Origin: Elsinoe ampelina
Lineage: Eukaryota
NCBI GenBank assembly: GCA_010093995.1
Contig: ML992514.1
Coordinates: 460,084-516,304, forward strand
Direction of reading: 5' to 3'
DNA length: 56,221 nucleotides
Below are positions 1 through 13,053 of this stretch, piece after piece. The first letter of the stretch is position 1, and every line of letters starts with the position of its first letter. The notes below the pieces were generated by a model. The model worked only from the letters and a program-made list of their open reading frames with translations, did not search any database and was not told where the DNA came from. The translations under genes were made by a program, and so were the position numbers.

Positions 1-266
1 TGATACTGACTGCTTACAGGGGAAGTCTGGGACGCCGGGAATTGATGATCAATAAACTTTGGTGCGGTGGCGGAGGGGAGAAACATGTGTATGATATGCC
101 TCAATGCGACAGTCGCCGTAGAGAAATACCCTTGAAAAACCACAGATCTCATGCCGCTTGTGTAGCCGTCCTGCTGTCGCCGAACGTGTTGTTGGCCGTG
201 GTGTTGGTCCAAATCGAAGGTCACCCGCAGTGACGAGACATTGGAAAACCTGTGACATTTTATCAT

Positions 267-3200
267 TCACAGCATGGGGGTATCTACAATCGCAAGTTGG
301 CGTCGTTGCGATTCCGCCTCGATCAGCTTCGCCATGTCCTCTGCATCTTTCATTATCGCCACATCCAGCGCTGTGTGCCCGTAGTGGTCTGTTTCGTCTA
401 GGTTCAGGTCTTCTTGACTCAGGAGTAATTGCAAGACAGCGAGAGAGCCGCTGAGCACTGCTCCTATCAAGGGCACGTAGCCTGTTTTCTCGTGTTTGTT
501 GATGTTGCATCGCCATCTCTCTTCCATGGCTAGAAGGTACTTGACGCAGTCCGTTTCTGCTTTCTGGATGCTGAGGATGAGAGCTTCGTCAGATATGTCA
601 GGGGCCGCCCATTCTTTGAGATATAATTTATCTTGTCCGTCCCTCTGGAAATGTCTAAGCGCCTTTCCCGCCAGAGCAACGCTATAGTCTGAACTTAGTA
701 GCGGGGATATGGAAGCAACATCCTTCAAGTGGCGTTCTTGGTATGATAGAGAGGGACAATGCCACTGCGCCTCTTCCCCGCTTCCTCCTAAAAGGAGCAA
801 GATGACTCTGTTTCTCGTTGCCCGTACTTCGTCGGATTTTCTCGAGTGAGCAAGAGCACGCACCAGCATCGGGCGACGAATGTCCGCTCCTACGGCGCTC
901 ATCGTTGAGCACAATGCGTGCTCCTCCTCCACAGTAAGGTTTGAACACAGTCCGGGAAGGCTGTCCAATACACGGACACATTCCCACTGCCAATGACCTA
1001 GAGCCCGTTCAAGCATGCTACAACCATATCTGTCGTTGAGGTTCGCATCGATGTCGAATCGATCAAAAACTATTTTGAGGATTATTGCCCGTGTTTTGAG
1101 GTCTTTCCTGAAGCACGCAACAATCCCAAATGGCAGCTCGGCGTCAATCACAACCTGCCTCAGATCTAGGGGCCCGACTGCAAGCACGTCCAAAAGGTCG
1201 ATCAAACATTCTGCAGCACCAATGGTTTTAGATTCAAGTCTCAGCAGATGCGAGACCACCTCGCGATTGTCCAGGTCCTTTATGACCCGGTCATCCCGCA
1301 GCAGCTGCTTGACTGGGCGATGAAACCCCCAGCGTATACAAGTCTCAAGGACATGAATTGCTGACAGTGACCCTTGTGCAAACCACTCCTCAAGCCTCGC
1401 TGAGACGTTTACTACGTGATTTGGGTTGTCATCTTGCAATGCGATTTGCAAGAGCTGAGCTGCGTTCTCTGCAGAAGCGACGCTTTTGTCAAGGATCGAA
1501 CTCCATTCGAAAAGGGGTCGTTTTCGCAGCTCAGTGTAGAGATTGCTCATACCGTCAGATATGATGCGAAGGTCATCCCTGGCCAGTAACTGGTCGACGA
1601 TTTCATGACGTGCGTTTTCGCAGGCCCAAGTCAGAGCATTCATGTTGCCAAACCTGGGAATGTTAATTCTGTCATTCGTGCCGATGTATCCCAGCGCTAG
1701 GAGGTATGACATGGTCTCATGGAGGCCGTGCTTTGCAGCGCCTCTGATGAGTCCGGCGTTGAATGGCCTCTTTTGTGAGGTCGAATCGACCTGCAACACG
1801 GCTTTTGCGATCGCTTCGGCCCATGAACGTCTTCCTTTGAGCTCAACGAGCACAGCGACTAACTTAGCCTTCTCACAGGAGGCTAAAACGCGAATAGTAC
1901 CACTAAATGTGCGATGATGAGCGTAGGATGGACCCAGCTCAAGGATAGTGGCAAGACAATCAGAGTTGCCAGCCTCGATTGCAGCAGCAAATACTTCCGG
2001 TGGTCCGCGACCAGATTCAGGCAAGTCTATAGTTCCGAGCATCATCAATCGTAGCCTGAACAGACTGTGCAAGTCCCACGCAGCGAACCTTGCTAGATCC
2101 ACAGTGTAACGTCGCCCAACAAAGATTTTGAGTTGGCGATTGAGTCGAACCCATTCGCTGTCGTCAAAGTTCGTCAAGAAATCCGTCTGATCAACACTCT
2201 TGCTTTGTGCAGCATCCGCGTGGCGGTAGAGGAAACCCAGCACATATCCTAGTAAGGCATACCGGGTAAGGTAGCCCGCGAGTTCGGGATTCTTTGCTCG
2301 GCTCTTGATGCCTTCAGCGGACGCTGTCTGGATAGACCTTGGTGGGGGTGATTGGTGTTCGGGAGACGCACGAGGAGTGCTGAGGGGATTGTCCTCATCA
2401 GGAGGGTCGTCTCCGATCTCCCCGTCAGCCACATCAATTGCCCCTAAATTTGGCATTTCTGATCCTGCCCGGGTATCGCAGAAGTTGAGATACTCGATGC
2501 AGCCTGTTTTGATCGCATCGTGACTTCGACCTTCGAAAGTTGTCTTCTCTCCGAATCCATGCTTGTCAAGACCCCCTTTGAAGAAGAATTCTCTGACGGT
2601 CTCATGGATGAATTGTATACTGGATTTCTTCCGGCCGGGCGTCCGTTCCAGTAGTCCTTTGCAAGAGTCTAGTACAAAGCGCTGCATATCATCCTCGGTG
2701 ATATTGTCCAGTGCAGCATGACTGACGTCTCCCAGATCTGTCCCAGATTTGATCGCCCAGTAAAGCTCGGATACGGAGAGTGGTCGCCACGCAAACAGAA
2801 CCCATTGAGCCGACAGTACCATTCGAGCATCGGTATGGACACCTTGAACCATGATCTGTCCGAACAATTCCTCGAGGTCATCAGGGATGTCATGTAATCG
2901 TTGTTTCAGATTGATAATATTTCCCTTATCGTGCTCCTCGTTCAGTATCTTGGTGACAAGAACCACCCACAGAAACACACCGGCTGACCTTTCAAGGACG
3001 GATCTTCTCAAATCCGCGGCGCCCTTTCGTCCTCGCAGGACAAGTCTTCTCTGAATATACCGCTCGATATCAGCTCGGTGCTCGTCTTGGTCTTCGAGGA
3101 CGAGCTCAGTCCCAGCGCGAACGTCGAGATGAGGATAATGGCGACTCGAGAAGAAGATGCTCAGCTGTGGTACTTCTATGTTGTCATCGTCAAGCAATTC

Positions 3201-4003
3201 GTCGTGGAAAGAATCAACCATGTCCTTGACCTCGTCTGCTTTGCATTCATCAAGTGCATCGATGAAGAAGATAATACCATGTTCTTTCGAATTGCCCAGA
3301 GCGGCTCTCAAACTGTCCTTCACGACCTCCAGTTTCCACTGCAGTCCACCAGAATCGTCGCAAGGGAGGCGAATATCGTCGAGAATAGATTGGAGACCAG
3401 GTTCTCGCTCCAAAAGTTTCCAGAGCAATGTCCGCCACATACCAAGTGGTGACTGATCCAGCGCGCTTCCTCGAGCATTGTAGAAGAATGGTATCATTGC
3501 ACAGTCCTTCCGGTGTTTCGCAGTCTGATTGTACAAGTATTTCATCATGGTTGATTTGCCCGATGCTGGTTTGCCCTTCATCCAGATGAGCCTTTGGTCA
3601 CTGGACGCATGTCCACTTCCGGTCCAGGACTTGTATTCTAAACTATCCAGTATCCACGTGCATGTAGTCTTGAGATGCGGTTTGACGTTTTGGACTCGAT
3701 CGTCAAGTGAATCGTACTCCAGAGCTTCCATGTACAGCCTTCTCTTTTCAGCGATGTTAGCATCTCGTGGCTGTTGATCTTGCTGCTCCTGTCCATGGTC
3801 GGTCCACGAACTCGAGTGTCCAGGACCGTAATAGCTGCAATAGCATTAGCTAGCTTCAAGACACGATGATTGCGAGGTACGGACTTGTTCACGGTGCCGG
3901 TGCAGAGCGGTCCATGGTTGGTCTGCCGGACGACCTGGTTTCCGACTGCACCATGGTTGTTGTAGGTGGCGTCGAGAGCACTGTGTGGCCTCTTCAGCGA
4001 CAT
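267..4003 (-). CDS. Fungal NLR-like protein: short N-terminal N/G/Q-rich motif, NACHT domain, degenerate ankyrin repeats (~1228 aa; exons 4003-3885 and 3834-267)
   Basis: Walker A GKPASGKST, Walker B IIFFIDALDEC, FFSSRHYP, winged-helix GVFLWVVLV and IQFIHETVREF, and C-terminal ankyrin repeats (GYVPLIGAV, GHTALDVA). An inferred 50-nt intron at 3835-3884 (GTCCGT...GCTAAT...TGCAG) joins ATG 4003 in frame with the 1154-aa ORF. A TATA-like TATATAAA lies on the minus strand near 4174-4181. Confidence 0.9.
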
Positions 4004-4961
4004 GAAGTCAGGACTTCGCACCGCACGAATGTTGAATGGAGCGATTGCCACGAACGACATGCGGTCTGCTACATACTTGCGCTCCCGAGCTGGCGAAGCA
4101 GCCGTGGCGCAGGCGCCATCATGCAGCTAATATTCGAAGGCAACCAATCGCATGCAGTTAGCCTGTCCTCACTTTATATATTCACGGGCTCGAGACTCTA
4201 CAGTGTAGTGACTCCACGGTCAAGCTTCCCCTCGCTGTTGACAATCATCCACATCGTCTCAGTCCCAAGCGGTCCTTTAGCAGTACGTGCCCCATCAGTA
4301 GAACCGGCAAACAGCGGCAGAGCGCGACACGACTGTTCACTGCAGGAAGCCGCGATTAAGACGAGCACAGGAGGAATGAATCGTTATACAGACTAGAATA
4401 ATGCCAGCGATATTGATGAATGACGAAAGACAGCGGCTCTCAGGGAAAAGGCGTTGTAACTCCTGCGAAAGTTTGGTTCGGAAGCTCCGCATTGAGGGCG
4501 GCGGCCGTTTGGCGGAGTTGCCTCGGTGGTGGGGAAGCATTAGGTACTTAAGAAGACATCTATTGCAAACGAGAACGATAGATCTCGGGTAATTATATTA
4601 CAGTATATACAAGCAAGAGCTATGCATATGACAGCGACATGTGACAACCGTCAATTGAGATTCCTGTTGCCGTCCGGAGCTTGATCCGCAACAAAGAGCA
4701 ACAAGGGCAAGGCCGGACTTCACATGCCAAGCCGGTTCATGTTTCAACTCCGCTCCCTGGGGTGTCAGAGACAGAAGTGTACCCTAAAGTACAACTTTCG
4801 AACACGAGCTCCTTTTCAAACCCTTCGACTCCTTGCGGACACTCTTACTCCACTATTGATACAACAAGATTGTCCTGGACAACGCGACCGCATGAACACG
4901 CGACATTAGACGGCCAGCCTGATCTACCCCATGCAGTGCTGAGCACTTCCTGGCATTGGCC

Positions 4962-7900
4962 ATGTTACGTTACAGGCGCTATCGCGCCTTTTTGGTGTTT
5001 GCCGTCTTCGCCGTCTTCGGTGTGTATTACTATTTTGCAAGCGACGGGTCATGGCAGCCTTCAAGCATATCGACACCCTCCCTGAAACAGCTGGGATCTT
5101 TTGTAGGTGGAGGTCGGGACAAGTCGCAAGCGAAGCTCGAGATCCCGAACAAGGCCAGCGAGGATGGAGAACGACCCATTGATCTCGGTGGAGAACGAAA
5201 ACCAGACTCTGCCGCAAAGCCAAAGAGACCAGCACATCACGTGGACGACGATGAGGAAGAAGAGGAGAAGCCATCTGATCTGCACGGTCAAGAGAAGGAT
5301 CATTCCAAATCCGTCGCTACACCCGGCAAGAATACCAAGGGCGAGTCCGGCAAGGACTCAAGCCAGGGCAAATACCCAGGTGTGGATGATTTGAAGGCCG
5401 GCGCGGGCAAACCAGACCAGCACAAACCAAAGCTCGTGGTTGCGCCTGAATATGAATCGAGCCCTGGATCTGGCAGAAACGACGACGAATACTCGAGACC
5501 ACGACCTGCAGAAACCGTGCACTGGTCCAAGTCGCCCGAGCACTTTCCTGTCTCATCAACCATAAGCCTCCCAACTGCCAGTCCTAAGGCCATCTCAAAG
5601 ATTCAGCACACGTTCAAGAAGGAGACGGAAGCAGAGAAGACAGATCGTTTGAAGAAGTTGTCTGCCATCAAGAAGCTTGCACAACATGGCTGGGCAGGTT
5701 ATCGAGCAGAGGCCTGGGGACACGATGAGGTTCGCCCTATAACAGGAGGTTACAAGAACCCATTCGGAGGCTGGGCCGCGACGCTCGTTGACTCTCTCGA
5801 CACGCTCTGGATCATGGGCATGAAGACGGAATTCGAGGAAGCCGTAGAAAGAGTCGGCAAGATCGACTTTACAGTATGCGAAAGAGAGGACATACCACTC
5901 TTCGAGACGACGATTCGTTACCTCGGAGGCCTTCTCAGCGCCTATGATATCAGTGGTGCGAAGCATAAGATTTTACTCGACAAAGCTGTTGAGCTCGGTG
6001 AAGTTCTTATTGGAGCATTTGACACGCCGAACCGGATGCCAGTTACGTATTACTACTGGAAGCCGGCATATTCGAGCCAGCCTCATCGTGCAGGGACTAG
6101 TGTTGTCATGGCCGAGCTGGGTACCTTGAGTATGGAGTTCACCAGACTGGCTCAGCTCACGAAAGAGAGCAAGTACTACGATGCGGTCGATCGCGTGACA
6201 GACGCATTTCTGGAATGGCAGACAAGGGAGACCAATCAGACCTGGCTACCTGGCATGTTCTCACTCGATGTCGACGCAAGCGGTTGTGATACCCCCCAAG
6301 GAACAAATCCAGGCCCATGGGCTGTCCTGCCGCCGCAAGAGCCGCTTCAGACGGAGAACATGCCCAAAGTGGGTACGCCTCAAGGCGATGCCCGTATGGA
6401 TATGGGTGAGACTGGGCTGAGTCAGAAGCCAAAGAATCTTGACACGACCAAGCGACCGGCTGTGGACGATGGGGATGCCGAGGACACTCTGGATGCATCT
6501 AGCAAGCCGCTGCATATGGGCGAACCTGGTCGATCGAAGATATCCGGCTGGAATGATCCTATCAAAGGAGGTTCACTCGATAGCAAGGCTGCGAAAGAGA
6601 AGCTGCTATCCGGCAAGGAGTCCGAGGTGGGCACTCTGGCAAAGAAGGGCAAAGGTTCTGAGTCTGCAGACAAGACAGCCCACGCAGATGACGCACCCTC
6701 AGAGGAGCTGAAAGCAGCTGTGCCTGTTGCAGTCGACACCAAGCTGGATGAGAAGACTGAGGCAAGCAGACCCAAGGAAGTCGATTCCCTGGACGCTGGG
6801 AGCAGACAGAGGCAGAAGCGGCAGACCTCCGATGACGATGAGGAAGGGCTCTCTGATGCGGCCCCGCCTGCCAAGGACGCTCAAACCATAGCCATCAAGA
6901 AGAAGAAGAAGCCGGCCTCGGAAGGCGAACTCATCTCTGGTGCGAACGACAATGTGCCGGTCGGCGCAGGCGCTGGAGCTCATGGACATGGTCGATTGCC
7001 GCCCGAACCTCTCACCTTTCCCCAAAGCATCGATCCAGGTGTACAAGTGTGCAATCCGCAGAATTTGACATCGAGCGTCAAGGGATATGGTCGGGACAAG
7101 TTCACGTTGGGAGGTAGGGCAGACTCGACGTACGAGTATTTCCCAAAACAGTATCTTTTGCTGGGAGGAGTCGAGGACAAATATCGTACACTGTACGAGA
7201 AGTCAATCGATGTTGCCACGAAGTACCTGCTTTTCCGACCACAAACTCCGGATAACCAAGACATTCTCATGGCAGGCGACTGGGATGCTTGGGTGGAACC
7301 AAGTGGTGAAGTCAATGGCACACTCACTGCTGAATCAGGTCACCTTGCATGCTTTGCTGGCGGCATGTATGCTCTTGGTGCAAAGATCTTCGACAGACCA
7401 AACGATCTCAAGATCGCGGCCAAGCTTACCCAAGGTTGCGTGTGGGCATACGCTTCGACCAAAACTGGCATCATGCCTGAAGGCTTTGAGCTGCTTCCCT
7501 GCGAAAGCAAGACGGATTGCAAATGGAACAAGAAGGCATACTACGAGGCTCTGGACCCCTATCGTGAGTCCAGGGAGGCAATGAACAACGCTCAATCCAC
7601 CCCTTTAACCCCTGCCACTGAGTTTGGAGTGCATCCGGGCAGTGAGAAGACAGGCGAGAAGAAGCCGAATGAGCATTTCGACATGGGCAGTAGCGACACA
7701 CCTACGAAGCAGAAGTCCAAGGCAGAGTCAGATGAGAAGGCTCGTGATAAGACCTTGAGTAAAGCGGACGCCAAGAACCCTCAGAACATCGCCGACGATG
7801 ATGAAGAGCCAACACCGCAGAAGAATCCTCAAAAGATTGCGGACGACTTTGGGTCCAGTCGAAGAAAGCACCGCCGCCAGCTGTCCGAAGACGACGAGCC

Positions 7901-8573
7901 CGAACCCGTTGCACCTCGTGTAGGAGGGACAAAGACAGCCGCCAAGGTCGCCGACGACGATGACGAGGACGAAGAAGATTCCGAACCCGCGACCTTTGAG
8001 AATGACAACGTCCGCCCCGGCAGCTCTGTCAAATACCCCGGCCCCCCCGCCGCCGAACCCGCCGCGGCAGCCACCACCACCGATGCCCTTCCCCCCCCGG
8101 AATACACCCCACCACCCCCGCCCACCCACGAAGAATTCGTCGAATCCCGCATCTCCGAAGAACGCCTCCCGCCGGGCTTCCTCCACATCAACTCCCGCGA
8201 ATACATCCTCCGCCCGGAAGCCATCGAATCAGTATGGTACATGTACCGCATCACAGGCGACGTTCACTGGCGCAAAGTCGGGTGGACCATGTTCACCGCC
8301 ATCAGCGACCACACGAGAGGGGTGTACGGCAACAGCGCGATCGATGACGTGACGAAGAGTTTGCCGATGAAGAAGGATAGTCAGGAGAGTTTCTGGATGG
8401 CCGAGACGTTGAAGTATTTCTTTTTGTTGTTTAGTGAGGAGGATGTGGTGAGTTTGGATGAGTGGGTGCTGTGAGTATTCTACGAGATATGAGTTGGGGG
8501 TTAGGAGCTAATTATTGATAGGAACACGGAGGCGCATCCATTCAGGAGGCCGTTGCCGGGGAAGAAAGCATAG
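4962..8573 (+). CDS. Class I alpha-1,2-mannosidase, GH47 (type II membrane protein with long low-complexity insertions, ~1186 aa)
   Basis: N-terminal TM anchor after MLRYRRYR; GH47 motifs AWGHDEVRP, TLVDSLDTL, FETTIRYLGGLLSAY, GGRADSTYEY, HLACFAGG, YILRPEAIES, ESFWMAETLKY. Intron 8471-8521 restores the terminal LNTEAHPF motif; stop TAG at 8571-8573. Confidence 0.95.
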
Positions 8574-9366
8574 GTTGGTCACAAAGGGAATCGAAAAGTA
8601 AAGGGAAATGGGAACGGATAAGGCAAGCGTCGTTTTTGGCTTGTAGATATGGTTTCACGATGTATGCATACCACACGGATGGTGACTGGGGGTCGTAAAG
8701 GGGGGCGAGCAAGGCGTATTCATACTAAAATTGGAGCATCGCTGTACTGTTGTTGAAGTTGTGTTTGACCATCATTCGTGCACGCGATCCGGCAGTCGTC
8801 GGGTAAGGAGGATCCATCCAGATCCACCAAGAAGTAGATGCCGTCGTGCCAATGCAGATCGGCTATACCATGGTTGCATCTCGGTCCGACATGACTGCGC
8901 TCATACACAACACGCTCAGCGAGCAAGTCGATGTGCTGAGTATCAGAGAACCAGGTTGATGAAGAGAATGGCCTACGGGCTGTCTTCTCACTCGCCGAAT
9001 CGATGGTAAAGTTGTCAGCAGACTGACCAGTCGTCAAATATGTACTCATATCCAACCATGATGCATGACGATGCTTTGTTCCCCACGTTGCCTGCCCCTC
9101 ATTTGACCTTCTGCAGGGTTCGCAATCGGTCCGGCTCCCATCATCGTCCTGTCAATCTCAACCTCTCTCGTCATCACCGCTAGATTTGGTGAGGTGTCTT
9201 GCATGGTTGTACTTGGCTGGTAGAAAGGATAAGTACCAGACTAGGCGAAGTCCCTACATTTTCTCTACCCTCTACCAAGCACACTTGTCGTTGTTGGGTC
9301 TCGTACACAGTGCGGACAGTTGAGGACCGGACACTGGTTGTACAGACGGCGGCTGGCAGACACAAG

Positions 9367-11044
9367 ATGCTGCGACGACTAATACTAGGAGCCATACTGG
9401 CTGCAGGAGCAGTGGCTCAAAGCACGAATAGCACAGCAGGTACCTCATTGAGCTCGACAGCCAGTGCGACTAGCGCAGTCGTCCCTACAGGCACACCAGT
9501 TCCAGGCAACTATGATGGTCCGCTAAGACCACGAGTGCACTTCTCGCCACCAAGCGGCTTCAAGAATGATCCCAATGGACTATTTGCATACAATGGCACA
9601 TATCACTACTACTATCAATACAACCCGACTGCCACAGTAGCTGGCAACCAGCACTGGGGGCATGCAACCTCGACAGACGGATATACTTGGATTAATCAGC
9701 CAATCGCCCTCTTCCCACCAATCAACGAGACATTTGTCTTCAGCGGATCTGCGGTGGTGGACAGCAACAACACTTCCGGCTTCTTCCCTGATCAGGACAA
9801 CGGAGTGGTAGCCATCTACACGTTGGCGAACTATCCTGGAGGGACCCAAGGTCTGCAGACTCAAGCAGTAGCTTACTCTCGAGATGGCGGATACACTTTC
9901 ACTCCGTACGAGAACAACCCAGTACTCGACGAAGGCTCCATCAATTTCCGTGACCCCAAGGTCATCTGGCATGCCCCGACCTCACGCTGGGTAATGGTCA
10001 TCGCCTTCGCCTCCGACTTTGTCATCAGCATCTACACCTCCCCCAACCTCCTCGACTGGACCTTCGGCAGCAACTTCACCCACTCCGGCCTCCTCGGCAT
10101 CCAATACGAATGCCCCAACCTCGTCGCCCTCCCCTTCATCCCAACAACCAACACCTCCATCTCCGCCTACGCCTCTCCCGCCTCCACCCGTACAGACAAC
10201 TACATCATGTACATCTCCATCAACCCCGGGGCCCCCCTCGGCGGCTCCATCGGGCAATACTTCCCCGGCACCTTCAACGGCACCCACTTCCACGCCGACG
10301 ACGCCGCCGCCCGCATCGCCGACTTCGGCAAAGACAACTACGCAGGGCAATTCTTCTTCTCCACCCCGTCCGATCCCGGCTCCACCTCCTCCCTCTCCTC
10401 CCCCTCCACCGCGCAGCTCAGCATCGACTGGGCCTCCAACTGGCAATACACCAACCTCGTCCCCACCGGCCCTCGCGAAGGGTGGGCCTCCCTCGCCACA
10501 GTCCCGCGATCCACCTACCTCACCAGCGTCCCCAACATCGGCACCCTTCTGGTGCGGTATCCCTACAACATCCAATCCATCTTCTCCCGTCCCTTGTACA
10601 CCAACGCCTCCCTAACTAACGCCTCCGTCTCCCTCTCCTACGCCTCCCTCCCGAGCCGCGCCGTCTGGTTCGAAGCAAACATCACGTCCCTCCTCCCCAC
10701 CACCCTCCGCGGATCCGTGAACCTCACCTTCACCTCCTCCCTCTCCGGCGAATCCATCCGCGTCGGCACCAACATCGGCGCCGAAGTCTGGATGACGCGC
10801 AAATCCACCCTCGAGACTTCCGGGCTGGGCGACAACCCGTTTTTCACGGACTCCTTCTCCGCGTCTGGCGTCTACGGCCAGCAAGGGCAGTGGAGCATCG
10901 CAGGGGTCGTGGATCGGTCTGTCGCCGAGGTCTTCTTGAATGGGGGCCAGCAGGTGGGGACGATGGTGTTTTTCCCGCAGAGAGGGCTGGATACGCTCAC
11001 GGTGAGTGTGGGGGGTGTGGCGGGTGGGACGGGGGTGAGTGTTG
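9367..11044 (+). CDS. Secreted GH32 beta-fructofuranosidase/invertase (3' end falls in the assembly gap)
   Basis: Signal peptide MLRRLILGAILAAGAVAQ and S/T-rich linker; catalytic motifs NDPNG, HWGHATS, FSGSAV, FRDPKV, YECPN; C-terminal VDRSVAEVF beta-sandwich. The ORF runs into Ns. Confidence 0.93.
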
Positions 11045-11189
11045 NNNNNNNNNNNNNNNNNNNNNNNNNNNNNNNNNNNNNNNNNNNNNNNNNNNNNNNN
11101 NNNNNNNNNNNNNNNNNNNNNNNNNNNNNNNNNNNNNNNNNNNNNNNNNNNNNNNNNNNNNNNNNNNNNNNNNNNNNNNNNNNNNNNNN
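11045..11189. other. Assembly gap (145 N)
   Basis: Run of N flanked by G-rich low-complexity sequence. Confidence 1.
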
Positions 11190-11468
11190 CTTGGTAGGGG
11201 AAGAAGGGAGGGGGAAAGAGATGGGGTTGCTGATGATGGCAATGAGCAAAAGTAATGCCTGTCATGCTTGTGTTGCACTTTGGATATATAATGGGTTGGA
11301 AGTATGTACAAGAACCCATCCTCCTTCCACTCCTCTCGTCTCTCCATGATCCTGCCCCCCCCCACCTCCAGGCCTCATCACCCTCCGCCAAGCCGCCCTT
11401 TTCACCCTCCCGTCTCCCCGTCCCGTCAGCCCCTTGTCCCATCCTCCCTCCACGCAACGACTACGAGC

Positions 11469-11953
11469 TTAGGTAGAAGTCCCACTGCAGCCCACGAACG
11501 CATTCCCCGACGCGCCAGTATGCGTAATCTGCCCAGCAACCTCGCAGTACTCGTTGAAAATAATCCGATCCGCTCCCGGCGAACCACCAGTGTAAGCCTT
11601 GTTGTCAAGGAGAGGGAACTCTTGCCTGGAAATTCCCGTCAGCGCTGTCCCCCGATCATACGCTGGAGTGAGGAGGGGAAACAAAAAACTTACCATGGTC
11701 CAGGGACATCAAACTCAAACCCCTCGTAGTTGTTGTACTTGTGCGGGTACCCGGACACCGTGGTGCCGGCCTGGTAGCGCTTGCACCCCGCGTTCAGCGC
11801 GAGGGTCACGTCGTTGCGGTCGTAGTACTTTGTGCCGCAGGTGGTTTGGCGCTTCTCGAGGGCGGCGGGGGCGGCGTCCGCGGCGGGGATGGGGCCGGCG
11901 AAGGCGGTGGCGAGGAGGAGGGCTGATGCGAGGAGGGAGTTGAGGTGGAACAT
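11469..11953 (-). CDS. Secreted guanyl-specific ribonuclease, RNase T1/N1 family (exons 11953-11694 and 11625-11469)
   Basis: Signal peptide and pro-peptide ending [16 protein letters not shown] (His40), WQEFP (Glu58, restored by intron 11626-11693, GTAAGT...CTGAC...CAG), SPGADRII (Arg77), [14 protein letters not shown] (His92). Confidence 0.95.
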
Positions 11954-13053
11954 GGTGATGATGGTGGTCTGGGGTTGGTGGTGGGGGGCAAGATGGTAGG
12001 ACGAGAGGGGTTGAGGTGGGAAGATGCAGTAGAGGCGAGAGGCTGCTGGGTAGACAATGGGGGAGGGCGAGAAATGGGTTTATATGCCTACCTCGAAGTC
12101 GAGCATACTGTACCTCGACCGCACCTCTTGGTGGTATCGCATGGTACAGCATATCTTCGCATGGTACATCAACCAAGGTAACCCCCCCGAATCCAGGAAC
12201 AGGCTCGAGCTCGCACCAATCGTCTGTCTCCCTCTCACCGTTCCCGACTTGTTCCTGGCGTGTTCAGGAAGGTGCCCTGCCCAGCTGAACGCTACGCTCG
12301 CTGATCATGTCCTCGTTTCGGCTCCGGTCGCGGTGCAGCCATGAACGAACCGAGCTGCCCTTATCCACCGGAACGAGTCTTCGCGCCGTATCAAACGACG
12401 TGGTCAATATGGGATGGTCCGTGGGAGGAGGTGCGGCTAGGTCTTTACAAGTGAAAGAGTAGGCTAGATAAGCACCCTACTACATTAAGCTAGTATGCCG
12501 CTCTTAGCGGCTTAGGGGTGGGTAAAATAGCAAAAATGATGGGGGTAAATAGCATTTGCCGAAGCTTAAGGGCAGGTCATGGAAAAGGACATGTGCTCGT
12601 TGGTCGAGAGGCGGGATGATCTGCGCCGCACTGCGTTTGATCGTCAGTCCGGGAAGAGTTTACATCTTGCTTGTTTGGCGCATGAGGAAGCTGGGGAGAA
12701 GAGCTCGGACTTCGCCTTTTTATGCTTCTTTGTTAGAGTTGGAGAGGTTATCTAGACTTTTGGGTTAATGGAGGAGAGGTCATAGGGTGCATGAATAAGT
12801 CGTGTAAAACGTGAGGACTAAGGGCATAGAGTCGGAGAGAGGTACGAGTTTAATAATTGTGATTACTATACCAATCCCCATTTCGCAGATCGCCGAATGT
12901 CATGCAGATAGTCTATCATCTCGTCTATATCCTTGTCGCCGACGGGGTCCACGTCGATCGTGCTGGTGATCACCGCCTTAACCGTGCAGGGGTCACTGGA
13001 CTACCCTGTGCTTGTGAGTAGGCACGTGTTCGTGGTCCAGGTCATTCATTTCT

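Noticed and set aside
1..56. Probable intron end (CTGAC...CAG) and short last exon of an upstream + strand gene, considered as the NLR's amyloid partner
   Set aside because: Too little sequence; the two short candidate tails read (GKSGTPGIDDQ, EVWDAGN) are not amyloid-like.
8720..9055. 111-aa minus-strand ORF between GH47 and GH32
   Set aside because: No motif, signal peptide or codon bias; it lies in the likely invertase promoter.
12130..12520. Duplicated TCGCATGGTACA and a small GCCGCT-ctt-AGCGGC hairpin upstream of the RNase gene
   Set aside because: Too short to distinguish from chance; no tRNA or TE structure evident.
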